From the NCBI GenBank assembly GCA_951406725.2, contig OX597831.1:64108001-64172000 (forward strand): a stretch of 64,000 nucleotides of DNA. The letters run 5' to 3'. This DNA is from Octopus vulgaris. Its lineage: Eukaryota. How positions within the stretch are numbered: the first letter of the stretch is position 1; every line of letters starts with the position of its first letter. Under the pieces are notes generated by a model. That model had not been told where the DNA came from, made no database searches, and saw nothing but the letters and a program-made list of their open reading frames with translations. A program made the position numbers and the translations under genes. Shown here piece by piece: positions 25,640 through 39,139 of this stretch.

Positions 25640-26620
25640 ATCATTTTTCGATGACAAAGGAAAGGCACTATACGAAGCCACAGCTCTTCAGTAAATCCGT
25701 TGAATAACTGTGCAGATTGTTTTGTGAGTATTTCTCCATTATGTAGAATCAACGAACTCAGTGAGTTTTATTCCTCATATTCCTTCAACGAAAGATGGGA
25801 GATGAACTTAGCTACAAAAACAACCATTTTGTTTATTACTTTGCATCTGTCCCATCAAACCTTGAAAACATTCTACTTTTAGTTCCTGCTGGTTCTTTCG
25901 AAGCCATTTTTTTATAATGGTGTTTTTGTTGTTTTTTATTTTGTTTTGCATTTGGGGTGGGGGCTGATTTTACATTTTTTTTTTAACTTATCGACGAGGG
26001 AATTATCTTCCTTCTCACCAAAACATTTCGAAATCAATGATTAGATGCAACATCGTGTATTTTTTTAGAATTCCCACTCTAGAGGTCATGTCTAAATTAA
26101 AACCTAGCAAATTAACAGCTGGAACAGCTCTATCATGCGCAGCTTTTACCTTGATGAAAACATGAAGCCTTTTTTTTTTTCGTCTTTAAATATAACATTT
26201 TTGAAGCATGCTCTCAACTCACCAACGTCTGTACTGGCATAGCAAGCCTGAAATCATCGGTGAGAAGCACTGCATCTTTACTCGTGATGTCTGGTAAGAT
26301 ACAATGGATAGCCTCAAATGCAAGTCTGTAACACATTAAGTATAACAAGCCAAGCAGAAAGTATGCTTTCAGCCTGGCTTGTTTCAGATCCTTTGCTTGA
26401 GCAGATACTTTGACAATCTAACACATAAGTGTGCCAGAGTGTGCAAAGTTGAGTAGCGGAAAGCAGTCCTGCCACCTGTAAACAATACTGCAGTAGTTTC
26501 AGATGAAACCATTGCAATAACGATCTGTTTGCGCGAACGAATGTTTGCCATATTTGGTTTCAACAAATAAGTTTTACCTACTCCATTAGAAGCATCAAAT
26601 GAAGCTTTTCTTCCAACGTT
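25640..26620 (-). mobile_element. Helitron PIF1-type helicase relic
   Basis: FDASNGVGKTYLL...IRSRKQIVIAMVSSETTAVLFTGGRTA resembles the Helitron DAPGGTGKT...AVASSGIAATLL.GGRTAH motif; degenerate downstream motifs. Confidence 0.8.
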
Positions 26621-27412
26621 TGATTATCATTTATCGTTTGAACCAATGATAAGGAAATAATTTTATTCTCAAACGCAAGATAATGCTAATAATATAGCAT
26701 GAACAGGATAAACTACCCAGAGAAAAATGTGTTGGCGGCCAGCCTCCATCGTAATTTGAATTCAACGAACTAATGATAATTTTTCTTTTAAAATTGGAAC
26801 GAAAATTGATTAATTTTTGGAGATAGGCTGCCCCAGCTGTTGAAAACTCTGTGGTTGCCTAGAGAATCTTTCGACCGAAAGTTGCAGCCGCAGTTCTTAC
26901 TAGAGCTGGCAGTTCGCTCTGTTCAAGATACTTGCCTGCCTTAGACTGTAAAGCAGAAGAAAACTTTAGGTGTGGGTCCTTTGACGAATATTGTACTTCG
27001 TAGAATATATTTTCTGTTAAGCTGTTTTAATGATTTTACTTAAGTTGCTGAGGATCAGATAGTAAATAGATACAGAAAATAATAGCAAAGAAGTCTTTCA
27101 TCTTGCTAGGAGAATACGAGGTAGCAGTCCCTTCTAAAATACTGTTCTAAGAAACATCTTCTCGGACAACCTTCTCGGTATGTTTGCACAAATATATTAA
27201 GCAACTGTCTTTAGGTCCTAGAATAAAGTTGGGTCCTAAATACTGTAAATATTCTTCATTTAAAAACGTTAATTTTTCTTTAATAGGAATTTAGTATAGG
27301 TTTTCTGGTAGAAAATTGTTTCCAGATATATATATTAAAGAATATATATATATTTTAAAAGATTTTTTACGTATATTTATTAATTAATTATATTATTATT
27401 CTAGTTTATTTT

Positions 27413-27517
27413 TAACCTGATGAGTGGCTATATTTATATCGAAGTGACTTTGCTACTACTATTAATTTCTTTTACTATAATCATTTCTTAAATATAGCCA
27501 AGAAACACGTGTCGTTA
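27413..27517 (+). ncRNA. Type I hammerhead ribozyme motif with long stem II
   Basis: TAAC-CTGATGA-G-TGGCTATATTT...AAATATAGCCA-A-GAAA-CACGTG-TC-GTTA (GUC site). Confidence 0.75.
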
Positions 27518-27796
27518 TTCTACCAAATATATACGTTTTTATTATTATTTTGCAATTTACTTGATCTTTGGTATATTATTGTTATTTTATTTTTAATATT
27601 TCTATTATATGTAATTTTCTAGATGGTGTAATTTAATTGTTCATTTTGAATTGATCAAAGGTGGTTCTTTCTAATTTTTATATATATATTATATTTTGTG
27701 AAATTTGATTTAGTATTTCCAAATTGAATTTTCCCTGTAAGTTAGGAATAATATTCCTTCAAATAATTATTATATATATATATTTATATATATATA

Positions 27797-27922
<126 letters not shown>

Positions 27923-27936
27923 CATATATACATATA

Positions 27937-28331
27937 CTAGCAGTATCGCCCGGCGTTGCTCGGGTTTGTAAGGGAAATAACTATATAAGCATTTTTAGAG
28001 AGTTATAGCCAAAAAATAGCAAAAAAATGCATTAAAAATTGAAAAAAAATTAAGGTAAATTTTTTTTTAAATCGTTGACACATCGTAGATATTTTAGAGA
28101 GTTACTTCCCTTATATAAAAGCGAAAAAAATGCATTAAAATGGAAAAATATGATTGTAAATTTTTTTTTAATCGTAGACTCATCGTAGACGCGCGCTAAT
28201 ACCCAGAAGGGCTCGATATGAATCACGACTATAAGATACCCGCTTTTGGTTAAACTGCATCGCAAAATGTGGGAGTAGTTACGAATCTAAATCGAAGGGG
28301 ACAGACACACAACTTCACTCTTATATAAAGA
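27937..28331 (-). mobile_element. Non-autonomous Helitron
   Basis: 5' A|TCTTTATATAA; 3' hairpin CCCGAGCAACGCCGGG then CTAG|T. Confidence 0.85.
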
Positions 28332-29110
28332 TGCTTTTTTTTTTCAGTCATAGAGTTAGATTTATGATGGTCTTCAGTAGAAAATCCTTCGAATTCTGAC
28401 TCGCTGCTTGATATAATGAAATTCGTATCCATTTTTTGTCAGAATTACAAATTTTGAAAACACAATAGGAACAAATTTCGGAAAAAAATCTCCCATAATT
28501 CACGGAATTAAAATTACACTTCGATTTTTGTACAAAACTGTATTTGAAGTGTTTACGAAGTATAATACGTGTTTTCACGAATGTACTAAAGAGATTTACT
28601 CTGATATTCTCATTTAAATATGAATAGGTAAATTCGGGCGGTTTGGTAACGAAAGGGTTTATATAAGTGTCGTCTGTTTATACATAAACACTGTTTCATA
28701 CTTTCAGTTTAGTCTTCCTCAAATCACTCTGTCGCTAATTTACTCTCTTCCAAGAACATTTTCACTCACTCTTATCTGTTAGCTTCCCATACATTTTACT
28801 CATGTATCTATCAGCGTGATAGACAGAAACAAACATTACATCTAGTTTCACTTTATTCATTGCACACTGTGTGTGTGCGTTTGCGTGTGGTGTAAACCAG
28901 ACTAAGAAAAGCATTTGACACACACACCAGAATGTGAGTTTTCTGTAAATTTTGCTTAATTGGAGTTTAAATTTTAAAAACTGGACCTGGCATGACGCGA
29001 TGCATTGTACTCTTAAAAATGCTAGGTAAATTGTAATTGAAGAAATCCTATATTGTAGATTTCTATAACTCCCAAAGGGAGGCAGATAAAATCTGCCTTT
29101 TATAATAAGA
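28332..29110 (-). mobile_element. Helitron segment with an alternative 5' TC end
   Basis: Begins TCTTATTATAAAAGG directly after the CTAG of the neighbouring copy and runs into the 27937-28331 unit. Confidence 0.55.
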
Positions 29111-29748
29111 CTAGCAGTATCGCCCGGCGTTGCTCGGGTTTGTAAGGGAAATAACTATATAAGCATTTTTAGAGAGTTATAGCCAAAAAATAGCGAAAAA
29201 TGCATTAAAAATGGAAAAAATATGATGGTAAATTTTTTTTTAAATCGTTGACTCATCGTAGACATTTTTAGAGAGTTACTTCCCTTATATAATAGCGAAA
29301 AAATGCATTAAAATGGAAAAAAAAACGATGGTAAATTTTTTTTTAAATCGTAGACTCATGTAGACGCTTTCTTAGCCATTTCTGTTTTGGTGTCTTCAAG
29401 CCATGAAGTCGTTGTTCTAAAAGAACACTGGTCTCCTTGACAACGCATTACGACGTTGATTTCCTTACACTCCCTTCCCCACAGGTGCAGGTGTGAGCAT
29501 GGACGCCAACTCCGCCGCCATCGACACACGAAAAATTATGCATTAAAATGGAATAAAAAATGATGTTAAATTATTTTTAAAATCGTAGACTCATCGTAGA
29601 CGCGCGCTAATATTCAGACGGGCTTGATATGAATCACGACTATAAGCTACCCGAATTTGGTTAAACTGTACCGCAAAATGTGGGAGTAGTTAGGAATCTA
29701 AATCGAAGGGGACAGACACTCACACAACTACAGTTTTATATATATAGA
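29111..29748 (-). mobile_element. Non-autonomous Helitron (same family, with internal repeats)
   Basis: 5' A|TCTATATATATAAAA; identical 3' hairpin and CTAG; repeated ATGCATTAAAATGGAA...GACTCATCGTAGAC units. Confidence 0.85.
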
Positions 29749-29765
29749 TATACATAGCGCAGTAG

Positions 29766-30113
29766 TGGTGAGATATGACAGCAAAGAAAAGCATACATTC
29801 ACTCTCTGCATGCAATTAGACTCGGAAAGTTCGTGAGGAACCCATTGACCCAATTTGCTGACTTTTCCGATAGCACACAGGTGTCAATGAATGGTTGAAT
29901 GACCAAATCCAAGCTTCTCTGCTAGTTCCTCAACAGTTACGATGATATTTTGTTCCACCAGGGTTTTCAGGATGTCCTTGTCGAGTTCTACAGATCTTTC
30001 AGGATGAGGCTCGTCTTCTAGGCTGTAGTTTATGGCTCGGGATTTCTGGAACCACCATTGACACTGCCTTACGCTTATTGTCCAATCCCCATATACTGCA
30101 TTAATATTTCTTG
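29766..30113 (-). mobile_element. mariner transposase fragment
   Basis: NINAVYG..ISVRQCQWWFQK...LEDEP...TVEELAEKLG..HSTI..L..IGK...LGQWVPHELS (WVPHEL motif). Confidence 0.9.
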
Positions 30114-31080
30114 TACTACATATACATCAGGAAAAACCTTCGACCCTGTTTTCAGGTTACTGTATTGTATAGGATTACCTTGATTATTTATATTACCTTG
30201 ATTATTTATAAATGATCCAAAATAGGGTGTTATATTTTATTTTATATGTCTTTCGTATATATTTTTATTAATGCACCCATTCTTTTAAAAAAAGCAATGT
30301 TTTTTTCAAAAAAAGCAATGTTGTCAAAATTAAAATGTTGATGTAAGTATGTGTATAGCCGAGGATATGTATTTGTAAGCATGCGTATCTGTGTATGTGT
30401 AAGTGAGAGTATGTTTGTGCTTAAGCACACATATACACGACTGTATGTATGTATCCATACGAACTTGTTTGTATACTTGTCTCCATATATGCCAATAACG
30501 CCGTTACACAGATTGTATACATAATTTTTTCTTATATCGTTTTTCCCCACCCCTCCTTCGTTCCTTTTTCTCTCTCTTCCTTTCTTTCGTCCCCCCCCCT
30601 TACTCAGTATATGAGAATCGCTACATACATGATTTTTAACTTGCGTGCGAGATGGTTTTGCGTGAATATATGTACACATGCATTTATGTGTATATTTAGA
30701 TTTATATTCATACGTCTGTATATGTATGGCGTTGGCGCGCATCCTTTTTGTGTATGTTGATATATATATATGCACATTTTAATAAAAATATGTATTGCAG
30801 TGTAATATTTATAACAGGTTTAATTCCTATGAATTAATTTATACTTTCTTCATTAATGTCAATATGTATTTTATTCAATGTAAGGTTTTTTCCTCGGATT
30901 TTATAATTTTTATAAGCTTTTTTATATATATATACATATATTTTTGACCTTTTTGTTTATCGCTCGAAGATTGACCGTTTTTTTCTAAAGGGCCAATCAA
31001 ACAAGTCCATTTCTTTTTAAAGGTGTAGCGTTTGTAAGAGTCTAGATTGAGTTGATATATCGGTTCCATTCTAGCAAAAA

Positions 31081-31118
31081 CTGTCTGATGAACGGCAACG
31101 AGAAACTCAGAGTAACAG
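31081..31118 (+). ncRNA. Minimal hammerhead ribozyme motif
   Basis: CTGT-CTGATGA-ACGGCAACGA-GAAA-CTCAGAG-TA-ACAG; within an AT-rich PLE-like relic ending in (TA)n. Confidence 0.7.
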
Positions 31119-31150
31119 ATTTTGTTGAATTTTCTGCTGCTTAAATTAAA

Positions 31151-31204
<54 letters not shown>

Positions 31205-32387
31205 ACATACATACATGCAGAGAAAGGAGAGATATTAGATTATACGTTACGTAGACAGAAAGAAATTTCAGTAGTTCGTCGTGTGTGTGTGTGAATAAAT
31301 GTTAACATAGGCATGTCATTGTATAGTATGGAAGCGCGCACTTATCAAATATTGATTTCTTGAGTAAAGAATGTGTCCCATCAAAGAATTTATTGATCGA
31401 AATATAATCTTTATTATCTCTGGAGTTTTGAAGGAAAGTTTGAAACTAACAAAAGTTTAACTCTTGGTAAGAATCTCTCGTCATGTGAGGTCACGTTATG
31501 GTTTGACAGAGAGAAAGAGAGAGAGACGAGTATCATGTGCAAATATTTCTTCATATAATTGTACAGCTAACCTCTTGGGGGAATGTCAAAAGTTTAATAC
31601 ACTGTCAAAGATTTCCTCCGCTCGTTTTGCTTCCGTCAGTAAAGTTCACCTGTCTTGAGAACCAGAGAAGTATTGAACGGAAACTAAGTTCTCTGCGAAT
31701 ACAATGAGCTGTTTGTATCTATGTGTGTTGAACGTATCCAACTACGTTTGTGAATGACTTTTGAGAAACCAATCGCTTCACTGTCTTTGTAAACTCATCA
31801 TATATTTTACATCCCCACAATAAATGGAAAATGATATCCTTATAAGGTCCCATGATGGTAATACCTCGAGAAATAGAAAAGAATTATTCAAGCTCAATAG
31901 CAGTTATTATACCTGTTAATATACTCCGAAATAGTCGCCATTACGACAGTTAGCGAAGGGAAATCTCAAATATTAATAAAACATGAATATGTTTTCTGTA
32001 ACATACGAAACTTAGTACATTATCTATTGGAAAACAAAGACAATCTTTATAGACACAGTTGTGCTTGTAAGACGTTTATATGTTGAAAACTTTTCGATTA
32101 CTGTCACTCGTGTGGATTTATATACTTACGTTATAGCTTCTTTATGGATTGACAAAATCGAAAAATCGAATCATAAAGAAAGTTGGAGCGGATATTTGAA
32201 AAGAAAGTGATTAAAAAACCCACAACAAGAAGTAAGAAACACGTGAAGGAAATGTCGGAACCGAATGAGAAAAAGAAAAAGGGAAGCAAAATGAATAAGG
32301 GAGAATTATGAAAGAAATAAAAAAAATACTGAGAAACTACTATCTCTATCTCTCCAATTCTAAATGAAAAAATAAAAAATTACATAA

Positions 32388-32537
32388 ACACACACACACA
32401 CAACCAGACAGACAGGCAGACAGGCAGGCAGACAGACAGACAGACAGACAGGCAGACAGATAGATAGATAGACAGACAGACATACAGACAGACAGATAGA
32501 CAGACAGACACACAGACAGACAGACAGACAGACAGGC

Positions 32538-32611
<74 letters not shown>

Positions 32612-32672
32612 TTAGATATATATATGTATTTATATGCTTGTCTATAGATGTGTGTGTGTGTGTGTGTGTGTG
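32388..32672. repeat. (AGAC)/(AGAT)/(GT) microsatellite
   Basis: Direct tandem repeats. Confidence 0.95.
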
Positions 32673-33476
32673 TCTTTTGGCGTAAACAGTGCCTTTGGAA
32701 AGCAATATCTCTGTGGCCACATAAAGCAAATTAAGTTATGATGGATTCTGGAAGAAATATTAGGCTCAAAGATGGCAGTATATAATGCACTGACATAAAA
32801 GATGGAGCTGTGGCTGTATCTACTGTATCCTAATTAGAGGGAATTCATTAGATCGGAGAAGACAAGCAGAGCAGTAATTTTCAAATTGCAGAGGAAAACA
32901 GAAAACTCTTCATCATAGATAGCTATAAAAAAAAAGACTGGGTTATTTGTCACCGAGAAGGCAAAAATCGAGTCGGAACACCATGTAGGTAAAGGTTCAC
33001 ACAAGTCTATTTTAGAAATTTTTAGATAAAACATTACAGCCATTGCACCTTGTGTATATGTTGTAACTGTTATACGCATCAGTATATTAATCTACTGCCG
33101 TTTCATGTGCATAGACAGCGAATCACTTCCCTCCAGCGCTTGGCAAAACCAGAAGACCGTGGTTTTGGGGTCTTTACCCGTCAACTGTATTAGATACCTG
33201 CCTACTAGAGATGGCAGTCAAACGTCTCTCTTCACATATATAAACAGAGAAGCGGCAGACAGCTGCTGATCTCGAAACGAGCAAAATAACTAGTAGTAAC
33301 AATACTAGACAGTAACATTTTTGGACACTATAACACGGCTGTTCTACATAGAACTGTGTTACTACATTTGAACGACACGTGAGTAACCAGCTGGAAAAAG
33401 ACGTTTTCCTGGAGGTTAAGATGTAGTAACACAGTTTTATATAGAACAGTCATGTTATAGTGGCCAAAAATGTTAC

Positions 33477-33775
33477 CGCCACCACAACCTCGTTTAGGCT
33501 TAGCAACCCTTCTTGTTTGTATTACCAATTTTGACCCTCCGTAAAATCCCAAATTTAATTTAATTTGCTTTGCGGGAGCAACTGTTTTATTGAAAGCGTA
33601 TATTGTTGTTAAATGCTCGAAATACGAGACTAGAAAAACAGCCAACAGCTGATGAAGGGTCGTTTTTTATGTTGTTTGTCTTGTTTTCCATTTCTGCCTT
33701 TCGGTGTTTCAGAAAATAGTTCATATTCCATGTACACGTACTTTGTATTTTTTTGTTGTACCCATTTTGTGCCCA
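33477..33775. mobile_element. PLE-type terminal-repeat relic (family of 5895-6970)
   Basis: Reverse complement of the ~6640-6940 segment. Confidence 0.7.
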
Positions 33776-33854
33776 CATATGCATATATATATATATATAC
33801 GTATAGATGTAAATATGTACATATACGTATCCATATATGCATATAGAGATATGC

Positions 33855-33907
<53 letters not shown>

Positions 33908-34282
33908 CAGATATATATGCATATATATGCGCGTGTGTGTATATATACGTATATATATATATGTGTGTATATATGTATGTATGTGTGTATGTATGTATGT
34001 GTGTGAGTATGTATGTATGTATGTATGTATGTATGTATGTATGTATGTATGTATGTATGTATGTATGTATGTATGTATGCATGTATGTATGTATGAAGTT
34101 ATTACTGTACAGTTAACGATGTTTTTGAGTGTTGCGTGTTATTTTATTTAATATGGTAAAAATTGTTGGAAAAAGCTTTTCATTTAATATTAGTTAAGGG
34201 AGTTCTTTTGTATGTGATAAGAACTGGCATGTTCCAAGTCTGAGACAAGAATTTTCGTCTTTTTTTATGAACTCATACTTAC

Positions 34283-34373
34283 ATCCACTTTATAGAAAAG
34301 TCTTCAGTATCGAGAGGAATAGCAGCCGAATAGACATAATAATCAACCACATTACAAATAGCAAGTAATTTTT
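34283..34373 (-). other. Candidate 91-nt exon
   Basis: Acceptor CTTTGTCATTTATATTTAG, donor GAT|GTAAGT; one open frame KLLAICNVVDYYVYSAAIPLDTEDFSIKW; no recognised homology. Confidence 0.3.
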
Positions 34374-35425
34374 CTAAATATAAATGACAAAGTACGAGGT
34401 AACTGATGGAGGTTTGTATGAGAATGAATTTATATTTGAAATTCATCACCTTGGAATCGTTCATGTCCTGTGGGGAGTAAAGGAATCTAACGTATTTCAA
34501 CTGATTTCTTTTTTCTTTTTGTCTTCTGAGACAAAGTGTGAGTCGCGAAGCGTCAAATTCATCTTCTTCTCGACATAGGAACTTATCCAAACTCATGAAT
34601 CTTTAGAAATATATTTCTTATAAAAATATTTTTCAGGGAGTATATCTCTCTACTTCAGAGATGGATTAGATCTTGTAGAAGTTCTCAAACAACATCATCA
34701 ATAACTTTATTTCTACAATTACAAACTAGACGATTTGTATTACAGATATGATTAGTTCAGTTCATGAAATATGGATTCTTGGAATAGAATACATCCGATG
34801 ATTTAAGTCGGATGAATTTCAACTTTGATCTTGGCACTATCTTTTCTGTCTAGAGTGGATTATACGTTTGAAATACAGTTATGATCAATAATTTTCTTTG
34901 GAAACAAATATGATTTCATGCATATGAAACAGTTGCTGCTCTCTGAACGACCTCGATAGCGATTTTTCAAACTAACTGTTTTAATATACTTTTAAACTTC
35001 AATCGTTATTAAAATTTAAATATAACCACAGTATCTTTAAAATGATTCAAAGTGCAATGGTAAACTCTTTGAAAGTTTTTGATAGAAAATAGTTATTGAA
35101 CAAATGAAAACACAGGTTCAGGAACAGCATTATCCAATAGAAAATCAAGCCCCCTAGCATAGAAGAGATTTTAGTAGAACAAAATTTCCGCTGGCTTGGG
35201 ATATGGCCAAAGAATAGAGGGAAAATGGTTGCCAAGACAAATATTCTACTCACAGTGGTAAGAGAAATCAAAGTAAAACCTGACGGAGATATAAGGGATT
35301 GCTAAGTGTAATTACCTTTACCCGCAGCGGTAGAAAGTAGCCGACGGATGAAATTGATTGACCACTGATATTATTTAATAACATTTCATATCGACTTTAA
35401 TCAACGATAAACGATGGACTTTCTC

Positions 35426-35486
<61 letters not shown>

Positions 35487-35780
35487 GTGCATAAGAGAGA
35501 GAATATGGGTGTGCCAGGTAGTCAGTTGATAATTGACAATAATTTTAGACGCACTCAAAAGACAAAGTACATCCCAACCAAATCCTTTAAACCGAATACA
35601 AACACGCATACACACACACTAAAGTTAATCTAGCAGTACTTTCGACTCTACTCATGTACAGAGCTATCGTTGGTTCATATTAATTCAATAACGTGTATAA
35701 TACATGTAACTTACAACAGTTACTATTCTAATGATTTCTAATAAAACCTGTTCATTTCATCTTCTCATATTAAAACTCTT

Positions 35781-35840
<60 letters not shown>

Positions 35841-35866
35841 GTATATATATATGTATATATATATAA

Positions 35867-35945
<79 letters not shown>

Positions 35946-36166
35946 TATAGGGATGGTATTATTAAAATACCATCACAAGTGGTAAGCGAATTATCAGACG
36001 TACAGGCAAATTAATAAAATATATACATACAATATTAGATATATACATATATACACAAGGATACTACATGATAGAAGTCAAAAAATACTTCTGTACCACC
36101 GAATAGTCACAAATCTATTACAGACAAGATAGGAAAAAATATCAGTGAACAATAATAATGTCTTAC

Positions 36167-36289
36167 CTCAAATGGGTCAGAACAAGTAAATGCCGGTCAA
36201 CCTGGTACCGGTTATATATACATGATTTTTTCTTCGGCTTTTTTTTCCATGGGCGCATGTATCTTATTTATATCCTTTCGTATTTTCTA
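36167..36289 (-). other. Candidate exon (non-coding or 5'UTR) with tandem CAGTAG acceptor
   Basis: Acceptor TTTTTCCTTTTCAG, donor GAG|GTAAGA; all through-frames contain stops. Confidence 0.3.
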
Positions 36290-36602
36290 CTGAAAAGGAA
36301 AAAAAATCTATTATGAGATTAATTCCGAAATTGATTCAGTATAGAAATAACGAACTTTTTTTTAAAAAATTCTATCGGCCGGCTTTCCTCGATTTCAGCT
36401 CTTCGTGTTTTTCTGTAGCGAGTAAATAATATGTGGAAATAACGATTTAAAAGTTTGTTATCAGCATATTGGCATAGAAATAATTTTCTTTAGTCCTTAT
36501 TTATAAGTCGTTTATAATTTTGACCTTAAAGGTATTTTAATATGCTGCCACATTTTTTGATGGAATTTTTTTCTGTAAATAAAACTTCATCCTATATTAG
36601 TA

Positions 36603-36665
<63 letters not shown>

Positions 36666-36677
36666 TACATACATATA

Positions 36678-36735
<58 letters not shown>

Positions 36736-37881
36736 GAGAAAGAGAGAGAGAGGTGGGGAGAATATACAGGTATATCAAATTCTTGATTTATTAAAACTGT
36801 CTCAGTCGCTAGAGCATGCGCAACAATTGTAAATGCCAACTGAGAGCATCTCCATATGGGAAGGGGAGACAATCCCTCAATCATTAATTCTCCAGTACTG
36901 ACTTGCCATTAATGAAAAGAACAAACTTATTGCCTGGAGATAAGAGGAGAGTCGTTGATATGTGTTTCTGCCTCAGTAGGAAATTGCCATCAGCATAACA
37001 ATTGCCCTTCTCTGTCTCCATCCAGCAGCCCTAGGAGATGGACACGATGGGAGAGGGAGATGTAAAATTGGAAATACATTTCAGAAACTATCTCAGTGTG
37101 ACAGCTACTAGAATACATAATGAAACAAAATCTCTAAGAAAAAAAAAAAACAACGTTGTTCTGATAGACCAAATTTGAACTTTCTGATTCTAATGCTCTT
37201 TCGAAATGTACTTTCTACAATAAAAAGAAGCAATGAAACAAAAGTATAAAACTAAATGTGGAACACTGACTCGCAAGTTGAAGAAAAACGTTAGCTTCAC
37301 CTATCAATTCACTATCAGTTTCATTATTTTTCTCTTCTCACTTTCCGTGGTATCGAATTTCATTTACGAAGCTGCCATAGCCAGAAATAAATGGAAAAAT
37401 ACTGAATATAAATATAAATGCGCAAGTTGTGAATTGTGATGTAGGCCCAGGTCATTAACAAGAAAACTATACACTGGGGTCAACTGACACATGGACTTCT
37501 TCAATAAAACATATTTACGACTCTGAATATATTAAAGCTTGGTATAAGAAAAGAGTTACATGAGATAAAATATATTATACGGAAAACTATTGCATTACAT
37601 TCTAATACATAATAGACCAATATAGAATTAAATTATGTTGACCGAATGCAAATGCAATGTAGAAAATGTAATCTAAGTGCGACATATCTGCAATATGTCA
37701 TATTCCTAGCATTTTATGAAAGGTTTGTGTGAGATGCAAAGAAAGAGAGAGAAAAGCGGAAGAATGCTTTTGTACATTTTTATAAGCATGCTTGTGTGTG
37801 TATTTGTAGATATACAAACATATATATATTTATATACGTATATATGTGTGTGTGTGTGTGTGTGCGTGCGTGTATGTATGC

Positions 37882-37945
<64 letters not shown>

Positions 37946-37965
37946 GAATGAATACACATATACTG

Positions 37966-38002
<37 letters not shown>

Positions 38003-38529
38003 GTATATTTCAATATTTAAATTTATGTGCCACTAGAAAGCTTTCTTCTCTGAAATCACTGAAACAGCAATCGACTACTGAGGCATGAGGCGTACAAAAG
38101 CCACTCGCAAATCAAATAATTTGATTGAACTATTCCAATCCTGTATTTCAGACATGTTTCCAGATATACATTTCGCTATGTACTCTAGTATCTTCCCAAA
38201 TAAACATGGTTCTGATATTAAGAAATTTTACTAAACGTCTCTTCTATAAGAACAACTACACAACTATACACAACTCCTTAATGAGTGAATTACTCAAAAT
38301 ATTAAGACTAGAGAACAAACTTATAAAATAAGCACTTAGTGAAAAATATAGCTAATAAAATTAATCTAGATAATAGGCTAAACATCCCTCTAAAAGGTAA
38401 TCATGTCGCATAAAGACTATAAAGAGAACTTTGTCTTCAGTTCAAATTTAAATTAAATTACTCCCGGATAAAAAAAAAAAAAACAGAGAACCGATTATTA
38501 AGAAAAGTTTCAATAAAATTTACTGAAAT

Positions 38530-38638
38530 TTTGGTTTCAAATGTTGACACAAGGCCAGGATTTCGTGGACATAAATACGTGCGAAATGCCACTAAGCATT
38601 TTACCTGGTGCGCTAACGATTCTGTCAGCTCGCTACCA
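38530..38638 (-). mobile_element. SINE family A, internally deleted
   Basis: Degenerate head GGTAGCGAGCTGACAGAATCGTTAGC joined to the 3' end. Confidence 0.7.
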
Positions 38639-38703
38639 TAATAAATTAAACTATTAAGAAGCAAACTACACCACAACAACCGCCATTAGCTGATTTAACA
38701 ATA

Positions 38704-39012
38704 TCTCTCTATATATAAACGGCAAAATGTCTGTGTGTGTGTCCTTTATACAAATCCACAATGTTTCAGTTAGAGGGCTCGCACTTTCTATAGTCATTCA
38801 AAACTGCCCAAGGGTGGTCGTCCACATCTTTACATTTCCTCAGTCACCCCGCAAAGCCATTAAAAAATCAATAGAAGTGACACTTTTGTGAATTTTCTAT
38901 CCAAAACCCAATCAAAATGCCCGAAACTTGATACGCCAATTGAATGCCAGCTAGCTGTATGTGATTGGTCGGAGATTTGGACAGTACTCGCGTTGCCGGG
39001 TCATAGTGCTAG
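38704..39012 (+). mobile_element. Non-autonomous Helitron
   Basis: A|TCTCTCTATATATAAA 5' end, (GT)n, 3' GCGTTGCCGGGTCATAGTGCTAG|T. Confidence 0.75.
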
Positions 39013-39139
39013 TTTATAATAAATGCCTTCAAGAAAACTTAGTTCTGTGTGTTATCTTTCTGTCTCTAACCTGTCTTATTTAGTACCCTGTATTTTGCTA
39101 GCGTGTACGATACAAATAGATGACAATAGTGTAGATATC

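Noticed and set aside
27937-29748. CRISPR-like repeat array
   Set aside because: Repeats are irregular internal Helitron duplications; eukaryotic context with no cas genes or unique spacers.
38100-38340. hAT transposase C-terminal relic
   Set aside because: Only faint similarity with stops; no TIRs found.
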